Source: Nitrospirales bacterium (GTDB lineage: Bacteria; Nitrospirota; Nitrospiria; Nitrospirales; UBA8639). Taken from it: 64,000 nucleotides of DNA. This document shows positions 44,026 to 57,600 of the stretch, piece after piece. The notes beneath the pieces were generated by a model that was not told the DNA's origin, ran no database searches, and saw nothing but the letters and a program-made list of their open reading frames with translations. A program made the position numbers and the translations under genes. The stretch lies in the NCBI GenBank assembly GCA_965203295.1, contig CBDBCZ010000017.1, positions 864,001 to 928,000 on the forward strand, written 5' to 3'. The number at the start of each line of letters is the position of its first letter. Positions within the stretch are counted from its first letter, which is position 1.

Positions 44026-47000
44026 CTACTGTCCCGGTGAGTGCCCAGAGAAGGAACCGTGGTCCATCTCGTAGGAGAAATCAGTGCCGGATGTCTCATT
44101 GTTCATGTCGCGTACGTCGCTGGCTCGTTCCTCGGCAGTATCGTCCTCCTCCACCGTGTTCCTGGACATCCGTACCATGATGATGTCATCTAGTAGGGAA
44201 CGAGTGAAGAAAAATGTAGTCTCAGTCAAAAAGGTAAATTAAGGCCCCAACAATCTGACAAAGAAGGGAGCAGGCCAACCTTGTCATGCAGTGTAGTGTA
44301 CATGTAGTACCCTGAGCTGACCAGCAGCTACATGTATAGTGCATCATCTGGAGTTGACTATATAGCAACTCCTCTCCTAGCTGACCAGCAGCTATAGTGT
44401 TTCGTCTGGAGTTGACCACCCAGGCTCTCAAGCATCCAGCTTTCGGCTTAAAGTACTAAATTAAAAGCTGGATGAGCGAGGCTAAGAAAAATGGCACAGA
44501 ATGTACATGTACGAATAGAGGTTTTTTTCACTTCATAATGTAGCCTCGGTTCCAGGCTCTCAAGCATCCAGCTTTCTGTCGCTTGAAGTACTAAACTAAA
44601 AGCTGAATGAGAGAGGCTAAAAAAAATGGCACAGTATAATAGAGGGTTCACACTTCACATGAAATGGTATTATGTTATATTACCCTCGTTCCCAGGCCCG
44701 TGAATTTTTCAGTTTGTACAAAGGAAAGTCGCACGGCTAAAATGCTATTTGCTGGCCTCAAAGCTAGATGCAGATGACATACGATGATGTGATTGAAAAC
44801 CCTTCATCTTACGTTCACCCACCCACAACAACAGCTATCCTCTTCTCTTCAGTCCCATCAGCTTTGAGAAGATTCCTCGACTCCAACCTTCCGTTTACCA
44901 GGATCCTAGAGCCTTTCTTTACGTATTTGAGCACATACTCTGCAGCCGGGCGTTGTAGCACATTAATAAGGTGCCACGTAACTCTGGAGTCTTGGGTTAC
45001 TAGAGGGAGGGAGGGAGGGAGGGAGGGAGGGAGGGAGGGAGGGAGGGAGGGAGGGAGGGAGGGAGGGAGAGGGGGAGGGAGGGAGGGAGGGAGGGAGGGA
45101 GGGAGGGAGGGAGGGAGGGAGGGAGGGAGGGAGGGAGGGAGAGGGAGGAAGGGAGGGAGGGAGGAAGAGGGAGGAAGGGATGGAAGAGAAGAGCTCATGG
45201 CCGCCCTAGTTCTAGCCTATATTCATTTACATGTATGGGTACGCTGTCCTCGTTTCCTATCTTGATCGAAGATTTCTAAATTCTTAAAAAATGGTTTCAT
45301 AATAGCGCAATATTAATGACACAAGCATGCAGCATCACGTACAGGATCCCTTCCACATTCGGGACAAATTAAAACAAAGTGTCCCATTTAGAAGGATGTC
45401 CTCATTTCAGAGATTAACCAATTATATACCTACATGCATGCTTGGGATTTCAGGAAGTGTCCTCAATTAAGAGAGGTGTGCTAAGTTCAATGGTCCAACT
45501 AGAGGCATTTTACTAGCTATACACTTTTTAAATTCCTGACACCCCAGAGAGAAAAAAACACACAACTCGCTCTAGTTACCTGAGTTGTCCGGCTGCCGGA
45601 GAGAGAAAAAAACACACGTCTCACTCTAGTTACCTGAGTTGTCCGGCTGCCGGACCCTGATGGACCTGTTAGTCGCCATGCTGAACACCACCAGCGGCCT
45701 GTCCCTCCCCACGTTCCTGGGGTCTCCGCCCACACGTCCCAGCAACTGCACCGAGTTGATGCCTGAGGGAGAAATAATTATAATCAGGAGTCAATATCTA
45801 CCAAAGCCTGGAATAGCCTAGTCCCAGACTGGTAGCCTGAAGCTATCGCTCATTGTTGTCAGTATGATAGTTCTGCTTGCATGCAGATTTCCGAGAACGG
45901 AAAGTAATCACACCTGGAGCATGCATATAATTGAAAAAGAGTATTGGAGTAAATACATGACCAGACTTGCGTACAAACAGCAGTCTGTACATGTACGTAA
46001 TACCACAATTTTTTAAATCTCCAATTGTAGGGGCCGATTGGCTTCTGATTCCGTCCTAGTTCTGGTAAGATGCCTGGAGGCCCGTACAGCATGCATCCCG
46101 GTCCATGATGCCCACGGAGCGACGATGCACTCAGATTAAAAAAAAAAAGATGCACTCACACTCACATGGGCTTGTGAGAAATCTGTAGACTACCTCCTGG
46201 GACGCAAGGTTCACATCGAGTCAAACCACAAGCCACTCATTCCGATTTTGAGCACAAAGAACTTGGACTATCTATCTACCCCCTCGTGTACTTTGCTTTC
46301 CATTGAGACTGGTCCAAGTTCGACTTCACCGTCCAGCATACCCCCGGGAAACTGTTGTACACAGCTGATACTCACTCTCGGGCACCACTTGCAGAAACTG
46401 GAGATTCCAGTAAGTAGTCTAAGCTGTATTTCCCTTGTTAGGAGGACACATGGGAAACTACTGTAACATGTTAAAGACACAGACACACACACGTACATCT
46501 CTCCCTCGGTCGATACTGTGTGGATGGTTGGTACTGTGCAGACGGTTGATACTGTGTGGCCGGTTGATACGGAGTGGATGGCTGTTCGTCTGTTTCCATA
46601 GTAACAGCAGTACGTCGAAGTATACTCGCCATACCCATTCTGGCCTGAGATAGGGCCTGTACACGAGGAAACAGAATGCAAGCACCCAATTCCATGACAA
46701 GCCATACATCTTCTAGAGAGGAAACCTCATCTAGTGGCGCCCTCTTAGAGTGGCACATTGCTCATATTGTAGACCGATTATCCTATTCTTTTCATTCTAT
46801 GTACAGGTTCTTAAACTCCTTCACCCTTTACCAACCATAAGAAACAGCTTAAAGAAGCAGAAAAGCCTGTACAAAGTATTAACGCCTAGTATTAATACCC
46901 CTTATAAATTCATATGGGCTTATGGGAGCTCATGAACGCATATATGCGTCATTGGTTGGTAAAGAGTTAAACTCCTACATGGCATTTACCACACCATAAT

Positions 47001-47636
47001 GTCCAGGGATGCTATTGTTAGGGGGTGGGGTTAGGGCAAGGGTTAGGGTTAGAGTTCAAAGGAAAAACAAAGCTTGCCACCGGAATAATAATCCAGCAAC
47101 ACTATTGGCACTATATTAGAGCGAAAAAAATTATATTACAGACGATTGGTGCTTTAATTAGAGTGGTGTGTTAATAATTAAGAGCAGATACAGTAGTCCT
47201 ACCAGTACTGTAAGCTTACATCTGGGGAGGGGAGGGGAAGGGGGAATAGGACAGTCTCACACACACATACAAAATGTCTTCAAGCGAGTTAGCACTGCAT
47301 CATGTGTACCGGTGCACGAGACCTCATCCTACCCCGCCCCCCCACCCCAGTGCACACAGCACTGAATTGCAAACAGTGGAGACTTTAAAGCAGAAACTTT
47401 GCTGACCATCCAGAATTTCATAAATTATTTCCACATCAGCTAATGTATTTCTTGTGGACGGTTCCGCGGTAAAATTTATGTGAAAGCTATCAAAATTAGG
47501 CTTCTCAGTCCTAAAGCTATAGAAGCCCTCCTCTGAACAGGGTTTGTAAAATCAAGCTTTTTTTTGCAAAATTATCCCGAGTTTACTTCATTTACAGAGG
47601 CTATACCTGTATTCTTCCGAAACACTGTCGCAACAT
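44026..47636 (-). CDS. SSBP1: Mitochondrial single-stranded DNA-binding protein paralogue A (219 aa)
   Basis: Exons 47607-47636 (MLRQCFGRIQ), 46497-46656, 45634-45762 (INSVQLLGRVGGDP...VFSMATN), 44823-44999 (VTWHLINV...YVKKGSRILVNGRL), 44026-44189 (DDIIMV plus acidic tail). Phases are consistent. Confidence 0.88.
46152..46390 (+). mobile_element. Ty3/gypsy LTR-retrotransposon RNase H fragment (decayed)
   Basis: Translates as ALTLTWACEK.VDYLLGRKVHIESNHKPLIPILSTKNLD...FDFTVQHTPGKLLYTADT.SRAP, with frameshifts. Confidence 0.8.
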
Positions 47637-47639
47637 GAT

Positions 47640-47790
47640 GGTCCAAGCACGCTATACGATCTCCTCACTGCAATACACGTGGCCGCTCAGTATCACGTGC
47701 TATCGGAATGATTATCATGTGACCACACAAAACGCTACGTTGTGTGCTTTATTTAGAAAAAATACCGTTATAAACAGCTAACAGGTATGT
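47640..47790. promoter_or_regulatory. Probable compact bidirectional promoter for SSBP1-A and TAZ, with a probable TAZ non-coding first exon ending at donor CAG|GTATGT (47784/47785)
   Basis: SSB ATG at 47636 (minus). CACGTG E-boxes at 47676 and 47694. Strong plus-strand donor at 47785 and candidate acceptor CTAG at ~48612, just before the TAZ ATG. Confidence 0.5.
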
Positions 47791-48132
47791 AGCGTTTGTT
47801 GTAGAATAGGAGAGGTAAATAGATGCCTTGCCACCTGTTTTTAGTCTCGTTCTCAGCCCGCAAAACCATTGTTTGTCTTTATAAAAGCTAGTCTTGGTGC
47901 GAATGATATATCACTGTAACCACAAGTATTGCTCCACTGTACTACGGAAGGTCAGTGATTAGGGACTAAGTTGTCATAAATTATAATGTTCTACATTAAA
48001 CACGAACTGGCATTGTATGGTGCAGTTATTAGAATGGATACGGTGATAACTTTATACACGTATCTTACCACTTCCCTTTGCTCCCATTTCAGTGACTCAT
48101 AGCCAGGTTCGAAAGAATCCGTACAGAAAGTG

Positions 48133-48612
48133 CTAGGAGGACCAGCCTCATTCCCAGGCCGACGCACTAGGAGGACCAGCCTCATTCCCAGGCTGACGCA
48201 CTAGGAGGACCAGCCTCATTCCCAGGCCGACGCACTAGGAGGACCAGCCTCATTCCCAGGCCAACGCACTAGGAGGACCAGCCTCATTCCCAGGCCGACG
48301 CACTAGGAGGACCAGCCTCATTCCCAGGCCGACTCATTAGGAGGACCAGCCTCATTCCCAGGCCGACGCACTAGGAGGACCAGCCTCATTCCCAGGCTGA
48401 CGCACTAGGAGGACCAGCCTCATTCCCAGGCCAACACACTAGGAGGACCAGCCTCATTCCCAGGCCGACGCACTAGGAGGACCAGCCTCATTCCCAGGCC
48501 GACGCACTAGGAGGACCAGCCTCATTCCCAGGCCAACGCACTAAGAGGACCAGCCTCATTCCCAGGCCGACTCATTAGGAGGACCAGCCTCATTCCCACG
48601 CTGAGGCACTAG
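48133..48612. repeat. 34-bp minisatellite (~14 copies)
   Basis: Unit CTAGGAGGACCAGCCTCATTCCCAGGCCGACGCA. Confidence 0.95.
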
Positions 48613-48630
48613 AAGAACTAACGTGGTGTG

Positions 48631-51600
48631 ATGGCTGCTAAGTCGCCTTGGCCCTTACCGGAACGGTTCAGGTTGCCGTGGAAACTGACCTCAGCTGCCG
48701 TAATCCTATCAACCCAACTCGTGACCAAAATCGTCATGAGTGAGTTAGTTGGGCATGGTTGTTAATACAGTAGCCTTGCACTCAGTCTTCCTAGTTTTCT
48801 TCACTCACTCCTCACTCACCCACCCACTCACTCACTCACTCTCACTCACACTCACCCACCCACACTCACTCACTCACACTCACTCACTCACTCACCCACC
48901 CACCCACCCACTCACACTCACTCACTCACCCACCCACCCACCCACTCACTCACTCTCTCCCTCACTCACCCACCCACTCACTCACTCACACTCACCCACC
49001 CACACTCACTCACTCACTCACTCACCCACCCACCCACTCACTCACCCACTCACTCACTCACTCACTCACTCACTCACTCACCCACCCACTCACTCACTCA
49101 CACTCACACTCACACTCACACTCACACTCACCACCCCACACTCACTCACTCACCCACCCACCCACCCACTCACTCACTCCCTCACTCACCCACCCACTCA
49201 CTCACTCACACTCACCCACCCACACTCACTCACTCACTCACTCACCCACCCACCCACACTCACTCACTCACTCACCCACCCACCCACTCACTCACCCACC
49301 CACCCACTCACTCACCCACTCACTCACTCTCTCCCTCACTCACCACCCACCCACTCACTCACACTCACCCACCCACACTCACTCACTCACTCACCCACCC
49401 ACTCACTCACTCACTCACTCACTCACTCACTCACACTCACTCACTCACTCACTCACACTCACTCACCCACCCACTCACTCACTCCCTCCCTCACTCACTC
49501 TCTCCCTCACTCACCCACCCACCCACTCACTCACTCACTCACTCACTCACCCACCCACTCACTCACCCACTCACCCACTCACTCCCTCACTCCCTCACCT
49601 GGCAGGATTGGCACAAAGAGTACAGGCAAAGAACATCCGCTCTCTGACAAAGGCTATCTCTAAACGACCAAGGGGCACTCCCCTTGTTACCATTAGCAAC
49701 CACTCCTCATGCATCGATGACCCAGTCTATTGGAGTAAGTACATTGTACATACATAAACTGGTTTCAAGGGTGCAAATATTAGAATGCAATAGCTGCAGT
49801 ATGTGCGCCCTGCTCAGCAATGAGGCTTCATCTATAGTGTCAGAGTACCTTATTAGCTAGGTTTGTGGTTTGCTAGTCTCTAGAGTGCTTGTTGCAAGCT
49901 TTTTTTGCAAACCTCTATCTATTGCAACAGCTCCATCAACCAAGTCTGCAGTCGAGCCAGGTCCCATATGTAAAGCATGCAGCATGGGGCATGTCTCTGC
50001 TAGAGATTTCTGGTTATTCTTGAAACTGCTGAGTGACTGCTCTGTGTTGCACTTCCATCCCCCCTCTCAGGTCTCCTGCCACTGACTATGGCTTTCTCAC
50101 ACAGAACCTCCAGATGGTTTGTCAGAGCATGCGCCTGCACATAGAGCTGAAAATATCAGCTGGCCACTGGCCATTTCCGTGCAATTTTCTGCAATGGCCA
50201 CCCAAAAATTGTACAGATGGCCGATCAAAATTTCACTTTGGCTAGCCAAACCCTAAGCCTTATTTTCAACTCTGCTCTTCCCAGTCTCCGCACCCCGGCT
50301 TTTTGCACACGTAGTAAACAGCTGGGGAGTGGAGACTGAAAACGAGGCTATATTTCTCTACACCATAACTCCATCGTGTAATACATGTAACTATACAGTG
50401 TAGCCTCGTTTTGAGTCTCCACTCCTTTTCACTGCATGTACATGTATGTGCGAAAGAAGCTAGGGAGTGGAGACTGAAAATGAGGCTACTTCTCTACACC
50501 AAAACTCCATCATGTAATACAGTGTATGCATATTTAGCCTCATTCCGAATCTCCACTCCATTCCACTATATGTACAAAAAAAGCTAGGGAGTTGAAACTA
50601 AAAATGAGGCTACGTACTTCTCTACACCAAAAGTCTATCATGTAATACAATTAATGTATGTGCATTTAACATACCATAAACTCTGGAGTATAAGTACCCA
50701 TCAAATACAAGTACCCCACATAATCTGTGCCACGAAAATGCACAATCTCCGAATAGAAGTACCTGTACTTGTACTCCAGAGTTTATGGTACCTCATTCTG
50801 AGTCTCAACTCCAGTCCACTTTGTGCGAAAAAAAAAGCTGAGGAGTGGATCGAGATTAATAATGCTAATCCTCTGCCCTAAAACCATGTTGTGCTCTCTC
50901 CTTTCAGGATACCTGCTGCCAGAGAGATCAATTTCTTCAACAAGCTCGTGTCTGTCTTCTTCTCCAGAGGACAGCTAGTGCCAGTCGACAGAGGTGTGTG
51001 CTCCAAACAAGCCGCATGGAGATCACATATTTCACACAATCATTCAAGTTTAATTTCACACATACACGTACATGCATTCAAGTTTGTAAGATTTATTCCC
51101 GTTTGGTCAACTTCTCACTTTTTCAATTCCCATTTGGTCAATGTTGACAAAGTGAGAAATTCACAAAGTGGTAATTGACAAAGTGGCAATTGACAAAGTG
51201 GGAATTGACAAAGTGGGAAATTGACAAAGTGGCAATTGACAAAGTGGGAGTTGACCATATGGGAAGACACAAAGTGCTTTGGCTATACTTAAAGAATGCG
51301 TGGTGTGAACATTTGTACAGTCAACCATTCCTGCCTCCCTACAGTGATCATAAACACGCAATATTAGCCTTGCTCCCATGGCAGGCCACTTGCCCTAATG
51401 CTAGCCTCGTACCCAAGCCTTCCACTCATGAAAGAAAAGTAAAGCCATTTATTTTCGCGAGTGCGGGGAAGGCCTGGGTACGAGGCTACCCTAATGCGTG
51501 GCCTGGGAATGAGAATATATATCATTGTATATAATTATTTGCATATATCAAATTTTATTGCTTCACCCAGTTTTTGAAGATGGGTGAACGGCTAGGAAGC

Positions 51601-54600
51601 ATCATTTCTGCTGTTTTGCTCACAGGAGATGGTGTGTACCAGCGTGGGATGAACTTCTGCCTGCAAATGCTCAACGAGGGAGGCTGGGTTCACATCTTTC
51701 CTGAAGGTAACTTGTTAGTGTGGGATGAGCTTTTCAATACATATTATATAACCTGGAATTTATCATTGTTAGGCACATTCTATAAATTTGTGCTATTTAT
51801 ACATTGCATTGCACATTGTATAAATCTATAAACTGCACAGTGCTAAACCTATCTGTAATTCTAACCCTAGCCCCAAGCCTAACCCTAGCCCTAAGCTTAA
51901 CCCTAATTCATTATGAATTTATAAAATGTGCAGCGCGATTTATAAGCTGTGCAAACTTAAAATGCTCCTAACAGCATTATTGTTTAAGCCTGGCTAGAAA
52001 TGTATCAAAGGAATGGAATTTTTAAAAACACTATCCCTGTACATGTAACTTGTATCTGTTGTATTTTGCAAATTTTTCTTTGAACTAACAAAAAGTATTC
52101 AATTGTCATTGCTTTGACAAATTTGAGGCATATTAGTCAATACGCACTTCATATTTCTGACAAATTATCATAGTTGCTAAATAATGCCAGGCCTTTTGTG
52201 GGGGAATAAAACACAACATACACACTAAACATAGGAACTGCTAAACATAGGAACTGCTGTGGACGTTTAAGCAGAACTGTAATAATCATATACCACCACA
52301 ATATCCTGTGCTCCTGCAGGCAAGGTGAACATGACTGGAGAGAGCTTGAGACTGAAGTGGGGTGAGTCCAAGATCCTGAATGATACATGTACCATAATAC
52401 TGTTTAGTGGGAATTATATTCTCTGGGTAGAATCTGCAGTTAGCTTCTGTGTCCACGGAAACAATTTTTGTACGTACATTCATCAAAAACATAATATTTA
52501 ATCTGAACAGTTGTTTCAAAATATCATCAAACTGCCGACGTTTCGATCGCCATACTGCAACTTTCTTTGGGGAACATTGATACAAAAATAAGAGACACTT
52601 AAATACACTAGCCAAGCTTGTCTCAGCTACAAACGGTATCTGAGCTACAAGCTACTCAGAATCGAGTCTGATACTGGTTGCTCTGTCTAGCTGTCCTCTG
52701 GTTAACACCAATGATGTCATGAGCGGGCAGGTCTCAGGATTGCTGACCAGGAATCCGAGATGGCCACGCCTTCGCCTCCGTTAGCCAGTCTGCCCGAGTC
52801 GGTGAGGAGGATGTACATGTAATGTACCTGATCATCGGTGTTAATTATGAGATCCTAGACGAAGCAAAGCAATGACAGATCCGACTCAGATTAGCTTATA
52901 GCTTACTTATTAGGCATGCAAGGTATAATTCCTGGCTCCAAGAATTAATGGGCTATATGTACATGTACTCCACATATGCATCCTAATTCTGACCTGCACC
53001 TGTTGGTTTTGCCATTCATGAACTAGCATAACAGCAACTTTGGTACAAAAAACAAAAGCTGGCAATGGAAACTGGGAACTGGGCTATTGAGTACTAGTGC
53101 ATGTAGTACAAGCATCTGACTAGTATTCAGAAGGTCCTGGGTTCAATCCCCAGCTGGGTCCCGTTGTTTGGGGGGGGGGGGGGGGATTTCTTTACTCTCT
53201 CAGAAAGCTTATCATCTCTTGAAAAGTTTGCAATGTAAATTTGGAACCAATTCCTTCTACAACATTAATTAATAGGCTCGTATATTTTGCATATGGGTAA
53301 TTCCATGCCAAATCAACACAAAAAATGACGACCCCCTCAGATTTCCACGAAACTTGGTACATATGTACCCTATGTGAAGTTATTAATTCACAGTGATTAT
53401 TAGCCTCACACGTTGTGCGGCTTCTGTGTTACAGCCAGCCAAAAACTCAATTTTTCGTCAAATTTTCGGCTTCCTGCTTCTACATAATTGACCATAACTA
53501 TTACTACGATTGTCTGTGCAAGATGAAAATTGCACCATCTTGTACCTTAGTAGATACCCTTTCAGCTGATATATTGCACGTGTTAATTTGATTATGTTGA
53601 GGTCAAAGGTCATGGTTTATATACTTGACCTTTGCCCCCTTGAAAAACGGATTCTTCAATTGTTCTAATTTTTTTTCTAAATGTTCTCTAGATCTTCATG
53701 TTGAGATGGTATTATTTTAATTTTGGGACTGCCACGGGATTAGGAGATACAGAGAGTAGCGTAATAGCCAGTAGGGTGTTTTTCATGTATGTCCACACAT
53801 GCTTGCCCCATACTGGGATTTGTTTCGGTGTGAGGTCAAATGCTACATGATCTGGGTGAGCAGACTGATTTAATACACTCATTATACATGTAGTGAGTTA
53901 TAGTTTGGTACATTCCTGAAAGTAGATGGGAGTGAAGCTGCACAAATCCACAAGATTCCCGCAATCAAACAGAGCTCTCACACATGCACATTTTCATGCA
54001 TTATTCTGACTAATACTCCTAACACAGTGGAATGCAGCTCTTTGTAAACATTGTAACTAACTCCCTGATGTACCAGTAGGTAAGCTACAGTTTGCATCTT
54101 GAGGCTGCTAATTGATTTCCATGGCAATATCACACTTTACTTCTTGGTATAGCCAATTCTCAAGCATAGCTGTGTCAGTTCATAGTGGAAAAGTGATCAA
54201 AGCAAACCATTCTAGACTTATTTGAAGTTAGCTCTCCTGTCAGTGCACAACCATGGCCCAGTCTCAGTGGCGAAGTATTTGCTCAGCACTGACACAGCTA
54301 TGCTTGAGAATTGGCTATACCAAGAAGTGAAGTGTGATATTGCCATGGAAATCAATCATCAATTTTGCTGTAATCCCTTCAATAGACCTAACTATTCCAT
54401 CTGGAAGAAGAACCAGCATATGTCTGTTACGTTCAAAGTGGATGTCTGAGAAAGTTGTGATTGAGAATCTCATACGTACCACTGCATCCCTTCCAAGCGT
54501 TAGGTATGTTGAAGGGATTGCAGCAAATATTTCGCCACTGAGACAGGGCCATGGTTGTGCACTAACAGAGGGAGAACTAACTTCAAAATAAGTCTAGAAT

Positions 54601-57600
54601 ATAATTATATAGTTTGCTTTGATCACTTTTTCACTATGAACTAACACAGCTATGCTTGAGAATTGGCTATACCAAGAAGTAAAGAGTGATATCATGTAGT
54701 GCTTAATTTGGCAAGTCTAAAAATTTGCGAATAGCCGTTTTTGAACGTTTCATTGAAATAATTTCATGAATTTGTTCAAATACGCCACACCCACGTACTA
54801 GTGAATTTATGGGCAGAGTGTACCTGAGTAATTAAATGCGCACAGACTTACAGGAAGCTTAGTAGCGAATGGTAGCTACCACTCCATGCTCTGCTGCTCG
54901 CTTTTTAATTTCGACCTTCATCGCGCTCATTTTCAGGTATGCTTCCCTAACCTTCGTGCCGGCAGATGGAAATCAATTATCAATCTCAAGGTGAAAAATG
55001 TAGCTAATTAATTTCAACTATTGGTACATCAGGGGGCTTTAGTTACAATGTTTACAAAGAGTTGCATTCCACTGTGTTAGGAGTATTAGTCAGAATAATG
55101 CATGAAAATGTGCATGTGTGAGAGCTCCGTTTGATTGCCGAAATCTTGTGGATTTGTGCAACTTTACTCCCATCTTTTTTCAGGAATGAACCAAACTATA
55201 ACTCACTACATGTATAATGAGTGTATTAAATCAGTCTGCTCACCCAGATCATGTAGCATTTGACCTCACACCGAAACAAATCCCAGTATGGGGCAAGCAT
55301 GTGTGGACATACATGAAAAACACCCTATTGGCTATTACTCTACTCTCTGTATCTCCTAATCCCATGGCAGTCCCAAAATTAAAATAATACCATCTCAACA
55401 TGAAGATCTAGAGAACATTTGGAAAAAAAATTAGAACAATTGAAGAATCCGTTTTTCAAGGGGGCAAAGGTCAAGTATATAAACCATGACCTTTGACCTC
55501 AACATAATCAAATTATCACTTGCAATATATCAGCTGAAAGGGTATCTACTAAGGTACAAGATGGTGCAATTTTCATCTTGCACAGACAATCGTAGTAATA
55601 GTTATGGTCAATTATGTAGAAGCAGGAAGCCGAAAATTTGACGAAAAATTGAGTTTTTGGCTGGCTGTAACACAGAAGCCGCACAACGTGTGAGGCTAAT
55701 AATCACTGTGAATTAATAACTTCACATAGGGTACATATGTACCAAGTTTCGTGGAAATCTGAGGGGGTCGTCATTTTTTTGTGTTGATTTGGCATGGAAT
55801 TACCCATATATTTTATATGCTGTGTACCTGCCTGCAGGAGTCGGTCGTCTGATAGCTGAGGCCAGAGTACTGCCAGTCGTGGTCCCCTTCTGGCTCGTGG
55901 GTAGGTACATGTTGCATACATTGTACACTGTGAAAATCTAAGGGTTGCTTTAGGGATATCTCAGTTGCAGTCTGCAAAACAGTGTGTGTACAAGTGGATC
56001 ACTTTACCACCCTATTTCTCCAATTTCAGATTGAAGGGAAATAAGGCCCAGTAGTATTACACATGTTGTACCAATCTGTTCCTATCCCCACCAAAGAAAA
56101 GTGATCTAGCTTGGCTTCCTGAGTAAAGTGATCTTATTGCACTGCACGTAACTACATATACACATTCTCTGGTACTGGGGCTGCAACTGAGGTAAGCTTA
56201 TGTGGGTTAAAGCAATGTATTCCATGGGTTTCAATGTGTACGTATGGGGTTTGTATCCAAAGAAAGCCTCGAGAGGACACACAACTGCACGAACTGACAA
56301 CAGTATATACATGTATACTGTAAAAAAGGAATTGTCATGTTGACAAGGGGTTTGCTGTCTGAGTTGCAGAGGGAGTTCAAGAATGAAAACACAGCCGTGA
56401 TGTGTCTGTAATGGTAATATGTTTATAGTTACATGTACGTATACAAATCCCATACACCTCAGAGACCCATGTCTTCTACCATGTAGCTTTTATAGTGCCT
56501 ACTATTAATTTGAAAAGAAGCTACAGTTGCCAAGCAAGCCTCAAGTACCCTATTGTACAAGAATATACCCTGGCTTGAAAGACACCACTTAGATACAGCA
56601 GTTTTCATAAGGTTTGCTACAAGCCAGAAATTGTATCACCACAGCTAGTTCAATTCAAGTGGCCACCTCCTTTCAAAAGAGGACTTCAAAGCGGCCTTTA
56701 CTCTTAAAGCTTGCAAAGGCGGTGAAAACTGCTTTTCATGGGGTTTGTACACTGCAGCAGTGCTGTTCAAACAAGTATTATATACGTGTATATACATGTA
56801 CCGTAAACTACGTATTATCTGCCCATGATGTACATGTATTATCCACCCATCCCCCTTTTTGAGTAAAAGTTACGTCGGAGGGTATTTATGTACTTAGTAT
56901 CCGCCCACCCTTAAATACCATCCATGCGAGCTAAACATGTAACTAACACCTGAAAATTCCAAGACAACGAGCAGAATCAAACGACAAAGCTCGATGTTCA
57001 GTGCGCTTTAATTGGAATACCGACGGTAAGTCTGTCAGCCACTTCGCTTTTTAGCGGATAATAATAGTCTGCATGTTTCTATAATAGCTAGTTCAATACA
57101 ATTTGTATTCACTGTGGTGCAGTACTTGCCTAAAAAAGCTATACTTACCTTGTATACTCACTTTGCCTACCGCACATTTGGAACGCGTTTGAGTGGGCGG
57201 ATACTACAGCGCATTTATAAAACTACGTATTATCCGCCCACCCCCCTCTTTCAGCTTGCACTTAAGTGACCCGCCCATGGGCGGATAATACGTACTTTAC
57301 AGTATATACACTGTAGCAGGGACGCCATGAACTGCAGATGTGTCTTTGCCTGTTCATGTGTATACTGTAGCGTTTATAGCGGGATACATCACTCCATGAC
57401 GTCGATGTGAAAGTAGTGGCAGCATACAATGCATCTGTAACTCTCTGACTGGCTGCACATACATGTACAAATCAAAGGTGTTTTTTCATAGTTAAAGGGT
57501 CAGAAGAGGGTTAGGAGGGACACTTCTGAGACAGCACGCACATGAATATTATAATGACAAACATAGACACTATAATATGGCAATCAGGTTGGACACTACT

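Noticed and set aside
47200..47245. CCCCAG-AT-GTAAGC on the minus strand as a 2-nt micro-exon of SSB-A
   Set aside because: Flanking exons already join in phase 0 and inclusion would frameshift; no support
39074..47636. Single gene encoding a double OB-fold SSB
   Set aside because: The upstream copy ends in a stop at 44026 and the downstream copy has its own ATG and targeting-peptide exon
48133..48612. CRISPR-like appearance of the 34-bp array (also 10840-11515 and 41710-42385)
   Set aside because: No unique spacers of constant length, no cas genes, and a eukaryotic context
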